Shown: positions 1-12,875, counted from the stretch's first letter. The stretch is 64,000 bases of DNA from Octopus vulgaris (GCA_951406725.2 OX597830.1:40238001-40302000); one strand, 5' to 3'. A program made the numbers and translations. The notes: a model not told the origin generated them from the sequence alone.

Positions 1-119
1 TTGCAACAGAGTAGACTCTGCTAAAAGCATCCAAGGTGCTAGGTGGTGGTATTAAACCAGGCAACAGACTCAGTCTACCACTCAGGTATACAATCCCACC
101 TAGTTTCAAAAAAAGTAAA

Positions 120-365
120 GTTACCTTCTCGAGTCATGCTGACTGACAAGGGCTGGTTTCCTGATTTCATGATGTATAATGTCTCCACCTGGACAGGATG
201 CCGATCTGTTACAAGACATTTCATTTTTGCCAGCTGAGTGGACTGGAGCAACATGAAATGAACTGTTTTGCTCAAGACCACAACACATTACCTGGACCAG
301 GAATTGAAACCACAATCTTATGGTCATGAATCCAACACCCTAATCACTAAGCGATGTGCCTTCAC
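120..365 (-). mobile_element. tRNA-headed CORE-like SINE (family D), decayed
   Basis: Minus strand reads ...CTTAGTGATTAGGGTGTTGG...GGTTTCAATTCC (A/B-box-like head), then TGTGGTCTTGAGCAAAACAG...TGCTCCAGTCCACTCAGCTGGCAAAAATG, a block shared with copies at 25.1, 27.2, 30.3 and 46.5 kb. Confidence 0.7.
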
Positions 366-369
366 AAGT

Positions 370-520
370 GATACTCGTTTCTACAGCTGAGTGAACTGAA
401 GCAAGATGAAGTGGAGTGTTTTGCTCAAGAACACAATGCATTGCCCAGTCCAGGAATCAGAACCACAATTTTACGATCCTGAGTCCAACACCCTAACCAC
501 TAAGCCACATGTTTCCACAC
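370..520 (-). mobile_element. SINE family D head and core, second adjacent copy
   Basis: Near-repeat of 225-365 (CAGCTGAGTGAACTGAAGCAA...TGCTCAAGAACACAA...CCCTAACCACTAAGCC). Confidence 0.7.
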
Positions 521-529
521 TTAGTTTAC

Positions 530-765
530 TACTTTAGCATTTAAACCAGCAACATCCAGCTGAAATATTCTACCTGCTTTATGTTCAAACTGGACTGATC
601 CAGTCTCTCACTGTTGTAGCTAAAACACCTATCCAACAATGTCGTTCTAAAATTACACAATCATTTCATCAAAATCTTGAAGCTTTTCAAATAATGCAGG
701 ATCAATTCAAAATAATGTGACGACATAAGCATTGCATTTGACAGAGTAATCTGAATGCTAAAGGG
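530..765. mobile_element. piggyBac-like MITE family P1
   Basis: TIR (C)CTTTAGCATT...AATGCTAAAGGG followed by TTAA at 766-769; same family at 23323, 24057 and 27826. Confidence 0.75.
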
Positions 766-1039
766 TTAACACAGTCAACAATCTAACAAAGAAGCTTGTG
801 AAGGTCACATGACCTACTAGAAATAACAGCCAAATTTCCTCCCAATCATACTCTATTTTTCTTCAGAAACAGAAAGAGATGTTAGCATAGTTTGAGAGAC
901 TCCTCACTAAAAGGCCTACTCAATGAAGATGACATGAGCTAAATACCACCACATCCTTAAGTGCCTTTATTGTGATTCACCTTAATGAAAGAATCTGGAC
1001 TAGACTCCAAGTCATTTCACTGTCCATGTCTTTCTCGGA

Positions 1040-1435
1040 GGAACACTGATCTACTCACCACAAGGTCCATCCTTTGTTGGTGTATGGTAACTTGTGTGCC
1101 TCAAAGACCCTGAGAGTTATACCAGTAGAGTGCAAGCTCTTGGTACAGCTTCCTATGCTGGACAGACTAACATAGAGGCCAAACTAATATGGAACACCAC
1201 TTCCCAGAGGTAAAAACAGATTTGCACAGTGCTGACACTCCTACCTAGACAAAAGCAAAGTTAGAGAAACATTAATGACAATTCAAAACCAACAAGACCT
1301 AGGAGAGGAAGGCCTTTCCTTAGGAACTCCCCCACTCAACACACTGAGGGAGTGCCCTGCCAGAGCTGAGAACAGCAGGAAAAAGTTGTTGATGGCCTAT
1401 ATATTCCATAGGGTGTGAAGGGCTCATGTAAGTAC
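1040..1435 (+). mobile_element. short non-autonomous RTE-like element (5' UTR-like part joined to 3' end)
   Basis: 1140-1325 is similar to 28855-29040 (TGGTA.AGC...ATGC.GGACA...AGAGGCCA..CTAA...ATGACAATTCAAAA.CA..AAGACCT). It ends GTTGTTGATGGCCTAT...GAAGGGCTCATGTAAGTA, resembling RTE 3' termini. The family assignment is from memory. Confidence 0.4.
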
Positions 1436-2099
1436 ACTGAACCTGTAGATATTCAGGCTGGATATCAGTTACATCAACCTCAACTATCCAGGAGAGCTTG
1501 CAAAAAATACCCTGTTCTTTTTTACCCTGATTAATTTATCCCAAAAACAAAAATTTGTTTCTAATTTGGGAGATACGAGAGAGCAATTTAATCAAACTAG
1601 GAGTACATAACTGTTAATTTATTGACCCAGGAAAGATAAAAATCAAAGTCAAATGTGACAGGAGCTGAACTCTAAACATAAAGAGACATAATTAAATATT
1701 GCCTTCTACAACAATAATGAAAATATATCTTTGGTTTCCTCAATAGACAGTAAAGGGAGTGGGCTAAAAGAAACAATAAAAGGATCTAATCCTGGTGAAG
1801 CAAGAGAAACATCACAAACCGTGTGTTTTTATAAATTCGCTATCTTATACATTCAGTCATTTATTATAACTTGAATAAATCTGTCAGTAGTTGTAATAAG
1901 AAGAAACATTAAAGTGAAAAGGTCAGATAGATAAAATATTGAACTATCAACAGCAAGCAGCTCAAGGAATATGAATTAAATTTGTTGTAGGTAGTCCAGA
2001 TCTTATAAAAGTCACCTTGGGGAACACCTGAAGATATTTATATTTACAGCCACTTGGCTATGTAGTCTGTAAGTGTATGCAATCTTAGTGACAAGGAAT

Positions 2100-2435
2100 A
2101 TTGGTCCCAAATTTTGGCACAAGGCCAACAATTTTGGAGGAGAGGCAAAGTTTTATTTTATTGACCCCAAAAGCACTAGCGTAACTAGGGGGAGCAAGGG
2201 CAGTCCACCCCAGGTGGCAGTTTTCATCCTGCAGTAAGCAATAGGTTTTTTGTGGGGTCCAGGGGCAGCAAATGTAAGGGCCACCCCAGGTGGCACACAC
2301 TCTAGCTAGGCTAGTGCCCAAAAGGATGAAAGGCAAAGCCAACCCCAGCAGTATTTGAACTCAGAACATAAAGACGGACAAAATGCTGCTAGGCATTTTT
2401 CCAAGCATGCTAACAATTCTGCTAGCTTGCCGCTT
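2100..2435 (-). mobile_element. SINE family A, interrupted by a MITE
   Basis: AAAGGATGAAAGGCAAAG...TTTGAACTCAGAAC...TGCTAACAATTCTGCTAGCTTGCCGC is the reverse complement of the family A consensus seen at 63629. Confidence 0.75.
2173..2317. mobile_element. GC-rich MITE family H (Harbinger-like TIRs)
   Basis: Terminal inverted repeats GCACTAGCGTAACTAG / CTAGCTAGGCTAGTGC; related copies at 22888, 54229, 55650 and 56678. Superfamily is inferred. Confidence 0.6.
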
Positions 2436-3809
2436 TGGTGACAAGAAATATTCTTACAATTAAGAATGCAGCCTGGGCATAGTATTTAATAATTCTTCTC
2501 AAGGTTCTATGTGAAGCCAAATTTTGACCAGAGGGTATCTGTTCTCTCTTTTTTGCATGTGTGTGTGTAGAAGGAAGTGGGGTCTTTTAGCTAGAAAAGG
2601 AGTTGGAACAGTAACCATGTCCTTTGTAAGTTTTCACAGATTGCTACCATTGATGTGGCTGAAGATCAACTTGAACTTCTGTATGTCAACATTTGCAGAG
2701 ATGGGATTCCAGAAGATTGCTGCTTTAAGGTGGAAAGATCGAGTGAAGTGTTTAGTACAAAATCTGCAAAGTAAGGAAGACACAGTAGGAGTGATGAAAG
2801 AAAGAGAAATGAGTGCACTAAATGGATCTGGATTCAGGTGGACACTACAGAGATTGCAGTTTCAGAGTGTAAATAGAAAAAGAAAATTATAGAAGGAGTA
2901 AAAAGATACTGAAAATGAGCCAACAGCATCAACCTACAAAATTTAAACATAAAATTAAACAAACAGTAATGTTACACAAATCAGCAAGTAATTTCAAGAA
3001 GATTTCTTGGGTGAAGGGAACCACTAAGTCAGGGACGAGGACTTTTTTAACCAATAACCGCAAAATATATTTATTTACGCTGACATTACTCCCTTGATTT
3101 GAAAGGAAGAAAATCATAGATTCTTTGAACTCAGAAGGTTTATTGTATCAATTTTCACGTCCATTACATTGGACAGATGCAGTGTTGCCAGAAGAAAAAA
3201 TGTCTGTTGGAACAAGGAACACATTTTTTTATATAATTTTGCTTATGTCTAATGAGTCCTCATTAACCCCAAGAATTACATTTTTAACCCACTTGGTGTA
3301 ATTTACACCAGTTCACTGACCCCTTGTCTAAGTGGTTGACTGACCTGTTAGAAATAGCAGCAAGATCTTCCTCAAATCATGCACTACTACTTTTCGAAAA
3401 AAAAAGAAAAGGATACATTTATATTTTATATCACAATTGGAGAACAATAGTGTCATTGGTTACATATTCCCAATAGGCCAATCACTGGCTCATTGCATTT
3501 CTGATACTGAGAGTGACAAGGGAGTGTCTGTAATTCACTGCAGAACAAATATCTCAGGGGACTTTGTAGGTTACGCACTAGTTTTTCAATTTTGAAGGCC
3601 AATGCTTGTCTCCTTTACTAGCAAAAGATATGTATACACACGCACATATACAGACCTACATCATACACATTTCTGCACAGTTTCTTGCAACCAAAGTTCC
3701 ACTTGAAAGAGAGAATTGTTCAACCTGTGGCTATGATAAAAGGCACTTTACTTGCCAATGAAACCATGCTGTAGGATTGATCCCAGAACCACATGGTTGT
3801 AATCCCTTC

Positions 3810-4016
3810 TACTATAAGCACAGGGTCTGAAATCTTGTGGGAGTGGCTAGTTGATTACATCACCCCCCAATGCACAAGTGGTACTTATTTCATTGACCCC
3901 CCAAAAAGGATGAAAGACAAAGTTGACCTGAAGTGGAATTTGAACTCAGGGATGTGAAGACAGATAAAACGCTCTTCAGCATTTTGTCTGGCTTGCAGAT
4001 GATTCAGCCAGCTCAC
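3810..4016 (-). mobile_element. SINE family A, decayed
   Basis: GGTACTTATTTCATTGACCCC...AAAGGATGAAAGACAAAGTTGACC...GGAATTTGAACTCAG. Confidence 0.7.
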
Positions 4017-4449
4017 TAGATGATGACATATGACTGTTTTAGCAGGAGGAGGCAGTAAATAGAAGGTTTTAAACTAAAATAAAGAAAAAAAAGAAAGCTG
4101 TACTTCTGATCTCAAAGTGTTACTGCTGTCAATACTTAGCTTGCAGATTCCAAATAGATGCTAACTGGTCTAATACACAGGTCAAACAGAGTATAAAAAT
4201 CCCACAATTCATTGAAATAATTCACAAGAAACAATGAATAATTTTTTTGCTATTGAAAAGTTATCAGAAAGAAGGAAATAGAAAAAAAATATGACTAATT
4301 TTAGATACGGAGGGTAGGAGAGAGAAAATGCAGCACACAAGAACAAGCTTAATTTTTTTTATGTTCTTTGTAGTATTGTATACATTTCATAATTCTAACA
4401 TGAGAGAATTTTTTTTCCTCCTTTCTTTGCTGTTTTTTTTTTACTGCAG

Positions 4450-4495
<46 letters not shown>

Positions 4496-4780
4496 ATGGC
4501 TATTGTAAGGTCTGGCCTCACACTCACAAAAGTGGAGGATGGAGGAATTAGAAGGCATATGATGTAGTTATTCTCTTCTACTGTTTATTGATTGCAGTCA
4601 ATGGATTGTGGCCAAGCTGGAGGATCAGTTTGAAGGGTTTGATCAAACTTATCGACCCAGGCACTTGTTTTACCAGCCGCTTATTGTCGAACCTCTAAGT
4701 TATGGGACAGAAACAAAAGGCATTAGTTTTAAACCCTTGTAAAAGTAAAGAGACACAAAGGGGGAGACACATACATGTAA

Positions 4781-4833
<53 letters not shown>

Positions 4834-4995
4834 TCATCATCATCATCATCATCATCGTTTAACGTCCGCTTTCCATGCTAGCATGGGTTGGACAGTTCAA
4901 CTGGGGTCTGGGGAGCCCGAAGGCTGCACCAGGCCAGTCAGATCTGGCAGTGTTTCTACAGCTGGATGCCCTTCCTAATGCCAACCACTCCGAGA

Positions 4996-4998
<3 letters not shown>
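4834..4998 (-). mobile_element. 5'-truncated RTE-type LINE 3' end with (GAT)n tail, embedded in (TA)n
   Basis: (CAT)n CGTTTAACGTCCGCTTTCCATGCTAGCATGGGTTGG...GGATGCCCTTCCTAATGCCAACCACTCCGAGAG, the same 3' end as the longer copies at 52.8 and 28.2 kb. Confidence 0.8.
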
Positions 4999-5033
<35 letters not shown>

Positions 5034-5070
5034 GTATATACACACACACATTTATATATATATATATATA

Positions 5071-5440
5071 TTCTTTTATTCTTTTACTTGTTTCAGTTAT
5101 TTGATTGCAGCCATGCTGGAGCACCACCTTAAAGAGTGTTAGTCGAAGAAATCGACCCCAGGACTTATTCTATCAGTTTCTTTTGACGAACCGGCAAGGG
5201 ACATAGACACACCAGTATCAGTTGTCAGGCATAGTGGGAGGACAAACGTAGACACAAAGACACAGACACATAAATATATATATATATATGACATCCTTCT
5301 TTTTAGTTTCCATCTATTAAATCCAGTCACAGGGCTTTGGTTGAGCTGAGGCTAGAGTAGAAGACACTTACCCAAGGTGCCACGCAGTGGGATTGAACCC
5401 AGAGCCATGTGGTTGGGAAACAAGTTTCTTACCACACAGC

Positions 5441-5443
<3 letters not shown>
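5071..5443 (-). mobile_element. composite SINE family B with internal microsatellite
   Basis: Reverse complement of the family B structure seen at 21438-21880. Confidence 0.8.
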
Positions 5444-5493
<50 letters not shown>

Positions 5494-6113
5494 GCAAGCA
5501 AGCAGAATCATTAGCACATTGAACAAAATAGTTAGCAGCACTTCTGGTTCTTTACATTCTGAGTTCAAATTCTGCCGAGGTTGACTTTGCTCTTCATCCT
5601 TTCAGAGTTGATAAAATAATTATCAGTTGAGTACTGGGGTCAATGAACTGAAATGCCCCCTTCCCTGAAAATTGCTGGCCTTGTACCAAAAGTAGAAAGA
5701 AGAGAGATGGATAGATGGATATATGCATACATACACACACACACACAGACAGACATACATACAGACAGATAGATATACACATGCATACATATACACACAC
5801 AACCAAATAGGCTTCAGCACAGCTTTCATCAACCAAATTTCACTCATAAGGCATTGGCCAGCCCAAGACTAGATTATAATATAAAAGAAACTTGTCTAAG
5901 GTGTCAAACCATGGAACTGAACCCAAAACGCAATGGTTGCAAAGCAAACTTCTTAAACTCAAAGGACAAGACTACAAAATCTTATTTGTTTATAAATTGT
6001 ACAGAATAAGTAGATCACAGCATTCATCCCTTTCTTTAATATCCATTTTCTCAAGATTGCATAGAATTTGTCTTTTCAAGATTTCTTATGACATGTTAAT
6101 TATATTTATTTAA

Positions 6114-6338
6114 CCGTTTCAATACCAACCCAGCTGAAACTGGCTCTGGCTTTGTAGAGAACAAATGTCTTGTTTACATAAGTTTTGAATTAAATTCTTC
6201 CACCAAAACGTTAGTCACAATTTATGTTCCTAACACTCGGTGAACGATAACTAAGTTATTTTACTAAATCCTTTGTTGTACTTAAAATTAATTGAAAGAA
6301 ACACAGCACATCTCAAAATAAATACAGTAAGGAAAGGT
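6114..6338. mobile_element. piggyBac-like MITE family P2
   Basis: Flanked by TTAA (6110-6113, 6339-6342); homologous along its length to 24779-25001. Confidence 0.75.
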
Positions 6339-6819
6339 TTAATAGGTTGTCTCCTATCCTTAGCCTCTGCTCTAACAACATCTACATCCAGCACTAATTT
6401 ATACAATTTATGTTGCTCAGCCTCGTAGGTCGACCATGGATGGTCAGTCCTAAGACCAAAGGTGTTCCAGATATGATCACCTTGTCTTTTCAGCTGTATA
6501 TGGGACTATATTAGACAATATGTTCTTTGTAATGTTGGTGCCGTGAAAAAAAGGTACCCAATACACTCTGTAGAGTAGTTGATGTTTGTCCGCTGCTGAT
6601 ATTCTATGCTTTCTGGCACTGTATTCCTGCACAAGATGCTTTCTCAGGATGAGTAACACGGTTTTATGGCATACTTAGAGTATATCCACATTGAGTTGAA
6701 TAGAAAGATTGCTATTCAGTACTAATACTGCCATCACTAATAACATACATGTGTATGTGCATAGATGTGTGTGTGTGTGTATAAATATTTGTGCGTGTGT
6801 GTGTATATATATATATCAT

Positions 6820-7155
6820 GGAGATGTACTTGCATAGCAAATGACGTGATCTGAGACTGTGTGCGGAAAGAAAAACAATTGCAGCATGGAAGATGTTTGT
6901 AAGTCACTTAACAACACATAAAAACCATTAATTTCACTTCAACATTTAAATTTTTTCGTTGCTTTGAAACTGCAACCTGTTCACTGACAAAACTGCGTGC
7001 TAAAATATTTTGACACAAATTAGATTTAAATTACGGAGATGTACTTGCATAGCAAGTGACTTGATCTGAGATCGTGTGCTGGAACGAAAACAATTGCAGC
7101 GTGGAAGGCGTTTATAAGCCATTTAAGAAGTTTAAGTGAAACTAACAGTTTTTAT
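6820..7155. repeat. interspersed repeat with a ~90-bp direct duplication and a short inverted end
   Basis: GGAGATGTACTTGCATAGCAA...CAATTGCAGC.TGGAAG occurs at 6820 and 7035; 7133-7154 is an inverted copy of 6919-6941. Confidence 0.55.
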
Positions 7156-7751
7156 ATATATATACAAACATACATATATATACATATATATATATATACA
7201 TATATATATGTATGTATGTATGTATAAGCTTGAAAGACTAGTGATAAACTAGATGCCATTATCAAATAAAAAAAATTCATATTTTAACTTAATGTAATAC
7301 ATAATGATATGTGTGCATGTATGCGAAACATATACATGAAAGACATGTATGTACATGTATCTATCATTCCTGCATGTGTGTACATATAATTTGTTTAAAC
7401 CATGCAAGTCGAACAAAACAAAAAGTCGAAAGGAATATATGAATATATTTGGAAAATTTCAAAACCAAAGTTAACATTAGCATAGCACAACAGAATGGTC
7501 TACAGTAAAAAAAAAAAATTAGAAGCAGCGAAATATTTTCACTTAAATCTTAGTTTATCGGAAGATTGCTTTTTCATTGTGGTCTAAAAAGAAACAAGTG
7601 AAGCAAACCAAATTGGTATTGTTTTAAAAAAACCACTCCTAAATTGGATTGATAATTATCAAAATGAATCAGAGGCATAATATAAAAAGAATTTTATCTT
7701 TTGTGAGGTTTTTTTTTTGTTTGTTTTTTGTCAATTTATAAAATATGTTGG

Positions 7752-7781
7752 TATTTCTTCTACATTTCCCTTCAGGTAAGT
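7752..7781 (+). other. candidate recursive splice site (polypyrimidine tract-CAG|GTAAGT)
   Basis: TATTTCTTCTACATTTCCCTTCAG directly followed by the consensus donor GTAAGT, in non-repetitive sequence. Confidence 0.35.
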
Positions 7782-7983
7782 ACTGGACTCCTTAGTTTCC
7801 AAAGATAATTACGAGACACTGCCACTGCCACCTCTTCTTCCCCACTAGATATTTAGAAAATATTTAGGAAAAGGAGGTGGGGAGGGCCAAAGCAAAAGAT
7901 GAAGAGAAATGATAATAGTGTGAGAGAGTGAGTGAGAGCAAAAGAGAGAGAGAGAGAAAACAATAAAGAGAGAGGGTGAAAGC

Positions 7984-8024
<41 letters not shown>

Positions 8025-8242
8025 TGAAAAAAGAGAGAAGGAAGTGAAGTGAGTCACATATGAATTGTGTGTGTGTGTAGAATATGAGTTAATCCACTCC
8101 TCCAAAGGAAATTCTTTGAACATTGAGAAATATTTCATTCTTGGATAATCTCTATTTGAGTTTTGGTTTGCAGTTCCATGTTCACAACTAAACATGAAGG
8201 AGTCATCAATAAGCAATAATCAAACACATACATGCATTTCTT

Positions 8243-8484
8243 TTATTCTTTTTTTTTTTGTTTCAGTCATTTGACTGCGGCCATGCTGGAGCACCACCTT
8301 TTAGTCGAAGAAACTGACCCCCCAAGAGTTATTATTCTTTGTAAGCCTGGTACCTATTCCATTGGTCTCTTTTGCCAAACTGCTAAATTACAGGGACGTA
8401 AACACACCGACATCGGTTGTCAAGCAATGGGGATGGTGGGGTGAGGACAAACACAGACACAAAAACACACATAAATAAATAAAT

Positions 8485-8555
<71 letters not shown>

Positions 8556-8712
8556 AGGCTTCTTTTCAGTTTCCATCTATCAAATCCACTTACAAGGTTT
8601 TATTCAGCTCGAGGCTAAAGTAAAAGACACTTGCCCAAGATGTCACACAGTGGGACTGAACCCAGAATCATGTGGTTGCCAAGCAAGCTTCTTAGCACAC
8701 AGTAACACCTGC
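8243..8712 (-). mobile_element. SINE family B
   Basis: Full head, microsatellite and tail on the minus strand. Confidence 0.8.
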
Positions 8713-8838
8713 TGATTATCTTCTTTTATCCTCTACTTATTTCACTCATTGGACTCTGGCTATACAAGAGCACTGCCTTGAAGAATGTTTAGTAAAACGG
8801 ATCAAACCCAGTACTTTCTTGCTCTTTCTTTTTATATA

Positions 8839-9254
8839 GGCACAGGAGTGGCTATGTGATAAGTAGCTTGCTTCCCAACCACACGGTTCTGGGTTCAGTC
8901 CCACTGCATGGTACCTTGGGCAAGTGTCTTCTACTATAGCTTCAGATCGACCAAAATCTTGTGAGTGGATTTGGTAGACGGAAACTGAAAGAAGCCTGTT
9001 GTATATATATAAACAATGATGATGATGATGATGTATATATTTGTTTGTGTGTCTGTGTTTGTCCCCCCATCATTGCTTGACAACCGATGTTGGTGTGTTT
9101 ATGTCCCCGTAACTTAGTGCTTTGGCAAAAGTGACCGATAGACTAAGTACTAGGCTTACAAAAGAATAAATCCTGTGATCCATTTGTTCGACAAAAGATG
9201 GTACTCCAGCATGACCACAGTCAAATGACTGAAACAAATAAAAGAATAAAAGAA
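8839..9254 (+). mobile_element. SINE family B nested in an older antisense family B copy (8720-9515)
   Basis: GGCACAGGAGTGGCTATGTGATAAGTAGC...GACTGAAACAAATAAAAGAATAAAAGAA; the flanks 8720-8820 and 9270-9515 join into one minus-strand copy. Confidence 0.8.
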
Positions 9255-9582
9255 CATATATATATATATAAGCCTAGTACTCAGTCTCTTTTGCTGAAAT
9301 GCTAAGTTACAGGGACATAAATAAACCAATACTGGTTGTCAAGCACAACTCAAACACAAATAGACACACACACTCCTTTCAGTTTCCATCTTCCAAATCT
9401 ATTCAGCAGATTTTGGTCAGCCCGAGGCCATAGTGAAAGACACTTGCCCAAGGTATCACACAGTGGGACTGAACCCAGAACTATGTAGTTGGGAAGCAAA
9501 CTTTTTGCCATCCTCACCTATTAGAGGTTAATTGCAGGTGTATGCCAGAGAGGGGTTTCAATCCCTTCCACAGTGGCTGATA

Positions 9583-9725
9583 GGGGAGGAGAAGGGGAGG
9601 CGGAGGGGTTGAAGAGGATGAGGGGGGAGATGAGGAGGGGAAGGGGGGAAGAGAGGGAAGAGGGGAGGAGGAAAGGGGGATAGGGGAGGAGGAAAGGGGG
9701 ATAGGGGAGGAGGAGGAGGAGGGGC
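9583..9725. repeat. G-rich polypurine tract
   Basis: Almost exclusively G/A with many G-runs and a duplicated GGGGAGGAGGAAAGGGGGATA unit. Confidence 0.85.
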
Positions 9726-10194
9726 AGCATTTAAAAGTATTAAAGGTGATTGATGAGGACAGATTTAGAAGGATTAGAAGAGAAAATTGTCAGCTAAGCA
9801 GAGACAGAGATTTTACATTCACATCTCTTTCATGTGTTTATTCTTTCATTCTTTGATTCTTTGATACTTTTGTTTCAGTCATTGGACTGTGGTCATGCTG
9901 GAGCACCACTTCAAAGGATTTGGTCGATGAAATTGATCCTGGTATTGATTTTTATAAGTCTGGAACTTATCATTCAATTGGCCTTGTTTTTGCCAATAGC
10001 TGTCAAGAGGTGAGGAGTAAACACACACCCATTGTGCCACAGTAGATTACACTCCCCAAAGGTGCTGTGCAATGGGAGTGAACCCAGAACTATATGGTCT
10101 CGAAACAAACTTCTTAAACACAAAGCCATACCTGTGTGTGTGCGAGACAGAGAAAGAGAGAGAGAGAGAGATACAGACAGGAGTGGGAAGAAGG

Positions 10195-10330
10195 GGAGAG
10201 AGGAAGAGGAGAGGAGAGAGGAAGAGGAGAGGAGAGAGGAAGAGGAGAGGAGAGAGGAAGAGGAGAGGAGAGAGGAAGAGGAGAGGAGAGAAGAGAAGAG
10301 GAGAGGAGAGAAGAGAAGGGGAGGAGAGGG
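10195..10330. repeat. 18-bp polypurine minisatellite
   Basis: (GAGAGGAAGAGGAGAGGA) repeated about 5 times, then degenerating. Confidence 0.85.
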
Positions 10331-11309
10331 GTAGAAGGGGAAGATAGAGGGGTGATGGTTGAAAGAGAGGAGTGAAAAGGGGAATGGGTAAAAGAGGGGT
10401 GAAGAGGTGGGGTGAAACAGGGGCAGAGAAGGAGAGAAAGGTGGATTTGCTGTCAAGTAATCCAGTCCATGTTTTACAATGAGACGTAGCCACAAATGTG
10501 TGATTTGCATTATTACATTAATCACAGCACCAACAGGATCCAACTCTTCTACCTCCTCTCAAGTCATACGCAATCATCTTAAAAATGGAAGGATACACTG
10601 GGAAACATAGTCCCAGAGACACCACAATCAAAAGCTTTGACCATCTCATAAAATTTTTGGCATTCCTCAGCCTTCCTGATTCCTCTGTTATCATACTTTG
10701 CTAGCCATGTTCTGAGTCACGTTGCTTTGAGAAAAAAATACAGCATAGAGTTATGAAAACTCCTTTGCCTTATAGTAGACAAGACAAGTTCACTGTTGCT
10801 GGAATCATGATGAAACACACCTAATACTGTCTCTAAAGTAGTTGGCAAACAAGCAGAGATAATACAAGGTCAAGAGGATCTTTTGGTGTCATTGATGACC
10901 TAACAAGCTTTCTCATGTCACAATAAAACGCTTTCACAAGACACAGTAAAGTGTGTGGTGATAGGAGGGGCATTCTGCAGTAAAACCAAGCCAAAAATGG
11001 AACATATGGGTGAGATATGGTCCTCCAATTTGTTTAGGAGAGCAGTAATTCCATATAAGAAAACAATTTGGACCAGACTATGATGACCAGTCCAACCCAC
11101 GCCAGCATGATAAGCAAATTTAAAAAGAATGATGGTGATGGTGACGATGATGGGACTCCATTATCTAATGTGCCCTTCTTTTGTAACCAAAAGTAAAAAT
11201 GATGATAATGATGAGATGATGAGGAAGAGGAGGAGGATGGGGCTACATTGTATAATGAGACCTTACTTGGTAAGCAAACATCATGATAATAGGACTACAT
11301 TGTCTAATG

Positions 11310-11587
11310 CAGTGGTTCCTAAAGTGGGTGGTACTGCCCCCTCTGTGGGTGGCAGAAAGATCAAGAAGAAAAGTTGGGCAATAATAGGGTGGCCAAGAGA
11401 GGGCGGTGGATGTAACACTCTGCCCCCCAAGAAAAGATAATGGGTTAATTAGATTGTTTTATTTGTGAAATACTGTTGATTTGAATTTGCTGCAGAAAGT
11501 GGTATACATTTGTGGTGCTGGGGGGGGGCTAGGAATGTGGCTTGTGTGTCAAGGGGGCAGCAACCCCATAAAGTTTGGGAACCACTG
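11310..11587. mobile_element. hAT (Charlie-like) MITE
   Basis: TIR CAGTGGTTCCTAAA / TTTGGGAACCACTG; 8-bp TSD GTCTAATG / GTCTAATA. Confidence 0.85.
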
Positions 11588-11689
11588 GTCTAATATGTCC
11601 ATTCTTCTCTTTAAGGTGATGGGTGTGATTTAAAAAGCAATGTGACTGATGCTTCCTGAAGTGACCAAAAAGACACCTCCAATGGCTTG

Positions 11690-11739
<50 letters not shown>

Positions 11740-12277
11740 TCATCATCATCACTGTTAAACGTCCACTTTCCATGCTGGCACGGATTAGATGGTTTGACTG
11801 AAGACTGGCAAGCCAGAAGGCTGCACCACGAAATCTATACATAAAAGATAGAAGAGCAAGTAAAATGAAACTACTCAAAGAGAAAGTAAAACTGCATAAT
11901 ACAAGCATAACTTGCAGAGAACTTGCCGCCAATTTATGGCGTTAATGCTAATACTGAACCTCATGACCAAAATAACATCAATTCTTACACAATATTACTG
12001 AGTGTTTTGTCTGATGAATTTCTCAGAAGCATTATTATGGTTTGTAGAATCAACCAAATCAGACTCAATTATTACAGCAAAAAAAACATCTAAATTGTGT
12101 GGCTGTGTCTACAATGAAAATTATGTTGACAAAACCTGTTAACAATAGAACATTAGCAATGCTAATTAACATAACATTTAATAGTCATATTTTCATATTC
12201 AACATCTAACAGTTTTGTGTGTATATATATGTGCGTCTATATGTATGTGTGTAGGCATACGTGAGTGTGTGTGTGTA

Positions 12278-12308
<31 letters not shown>

Positions 12309-12324
12309 CATACATACATATATA

Positions 12325-12531
12325 TTCTTTTATTCTTTTACTTGATTCAGTCATTTGACTGTAGCCATGCTAGAGCACCACCTTGAAGGGTGTTAGTCGA
12401 TGAAACTGACCCCAGGAATTATTTTTGTGTAAGCTTAGTACTTATTCTAACGGTCTCTTTTGCCGAACCGCTAGGTTATGGGGACATAAACACACAAGCA
12501 TTGGTTGTCAAGTGATGGCAAGAGGACACAG

Positions 12532-12582
<51 letters not shown>

Positions 12583-12720
12583 ACAGGCTTCTTCCATCTA
12601 CCAGATCTACTTTGGTTGGCCTGAGGCTATAATAGAAGACACTAGCCCAAGGTGCCATGCAGTGAGACTGAACCTGGAACCAGGTAGTTGGGCAGCGAGC
12701 TTCCTACCACACAGCCACAT
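12325..12720 (-). mobile_element. SINE family B within a (TA/CA)n field
   Basis: TTCTTTTATTCTTTTACTTG...CACCTTGAAGGG...CCTACCACACAGCCAC. Confidence 0.8.
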
Positions 12721-12831
12721 ACACACATACATACATACATATATATACATACATACATACATACATATATATATATATATACATGTGTGTATATACATAC
12801 GTATATATATGTGTGTGTGTGTATGTTCGTA

Positions 12832-12875
<44 letters not shown>

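Noticed and set aside
2524-2892. 122-aa ORF or a possible exon at 2640-2770 (CACAG...GTAAGG)
   Set aside because: No recognisable domain, weak acceptor and no partner exons; it cannot be supported without homology or RNA data.
9974-10543. Ser/Leu- or Glu/Arg-rich ORFs
   Set aside because: Products of the polypurine minisatellite.
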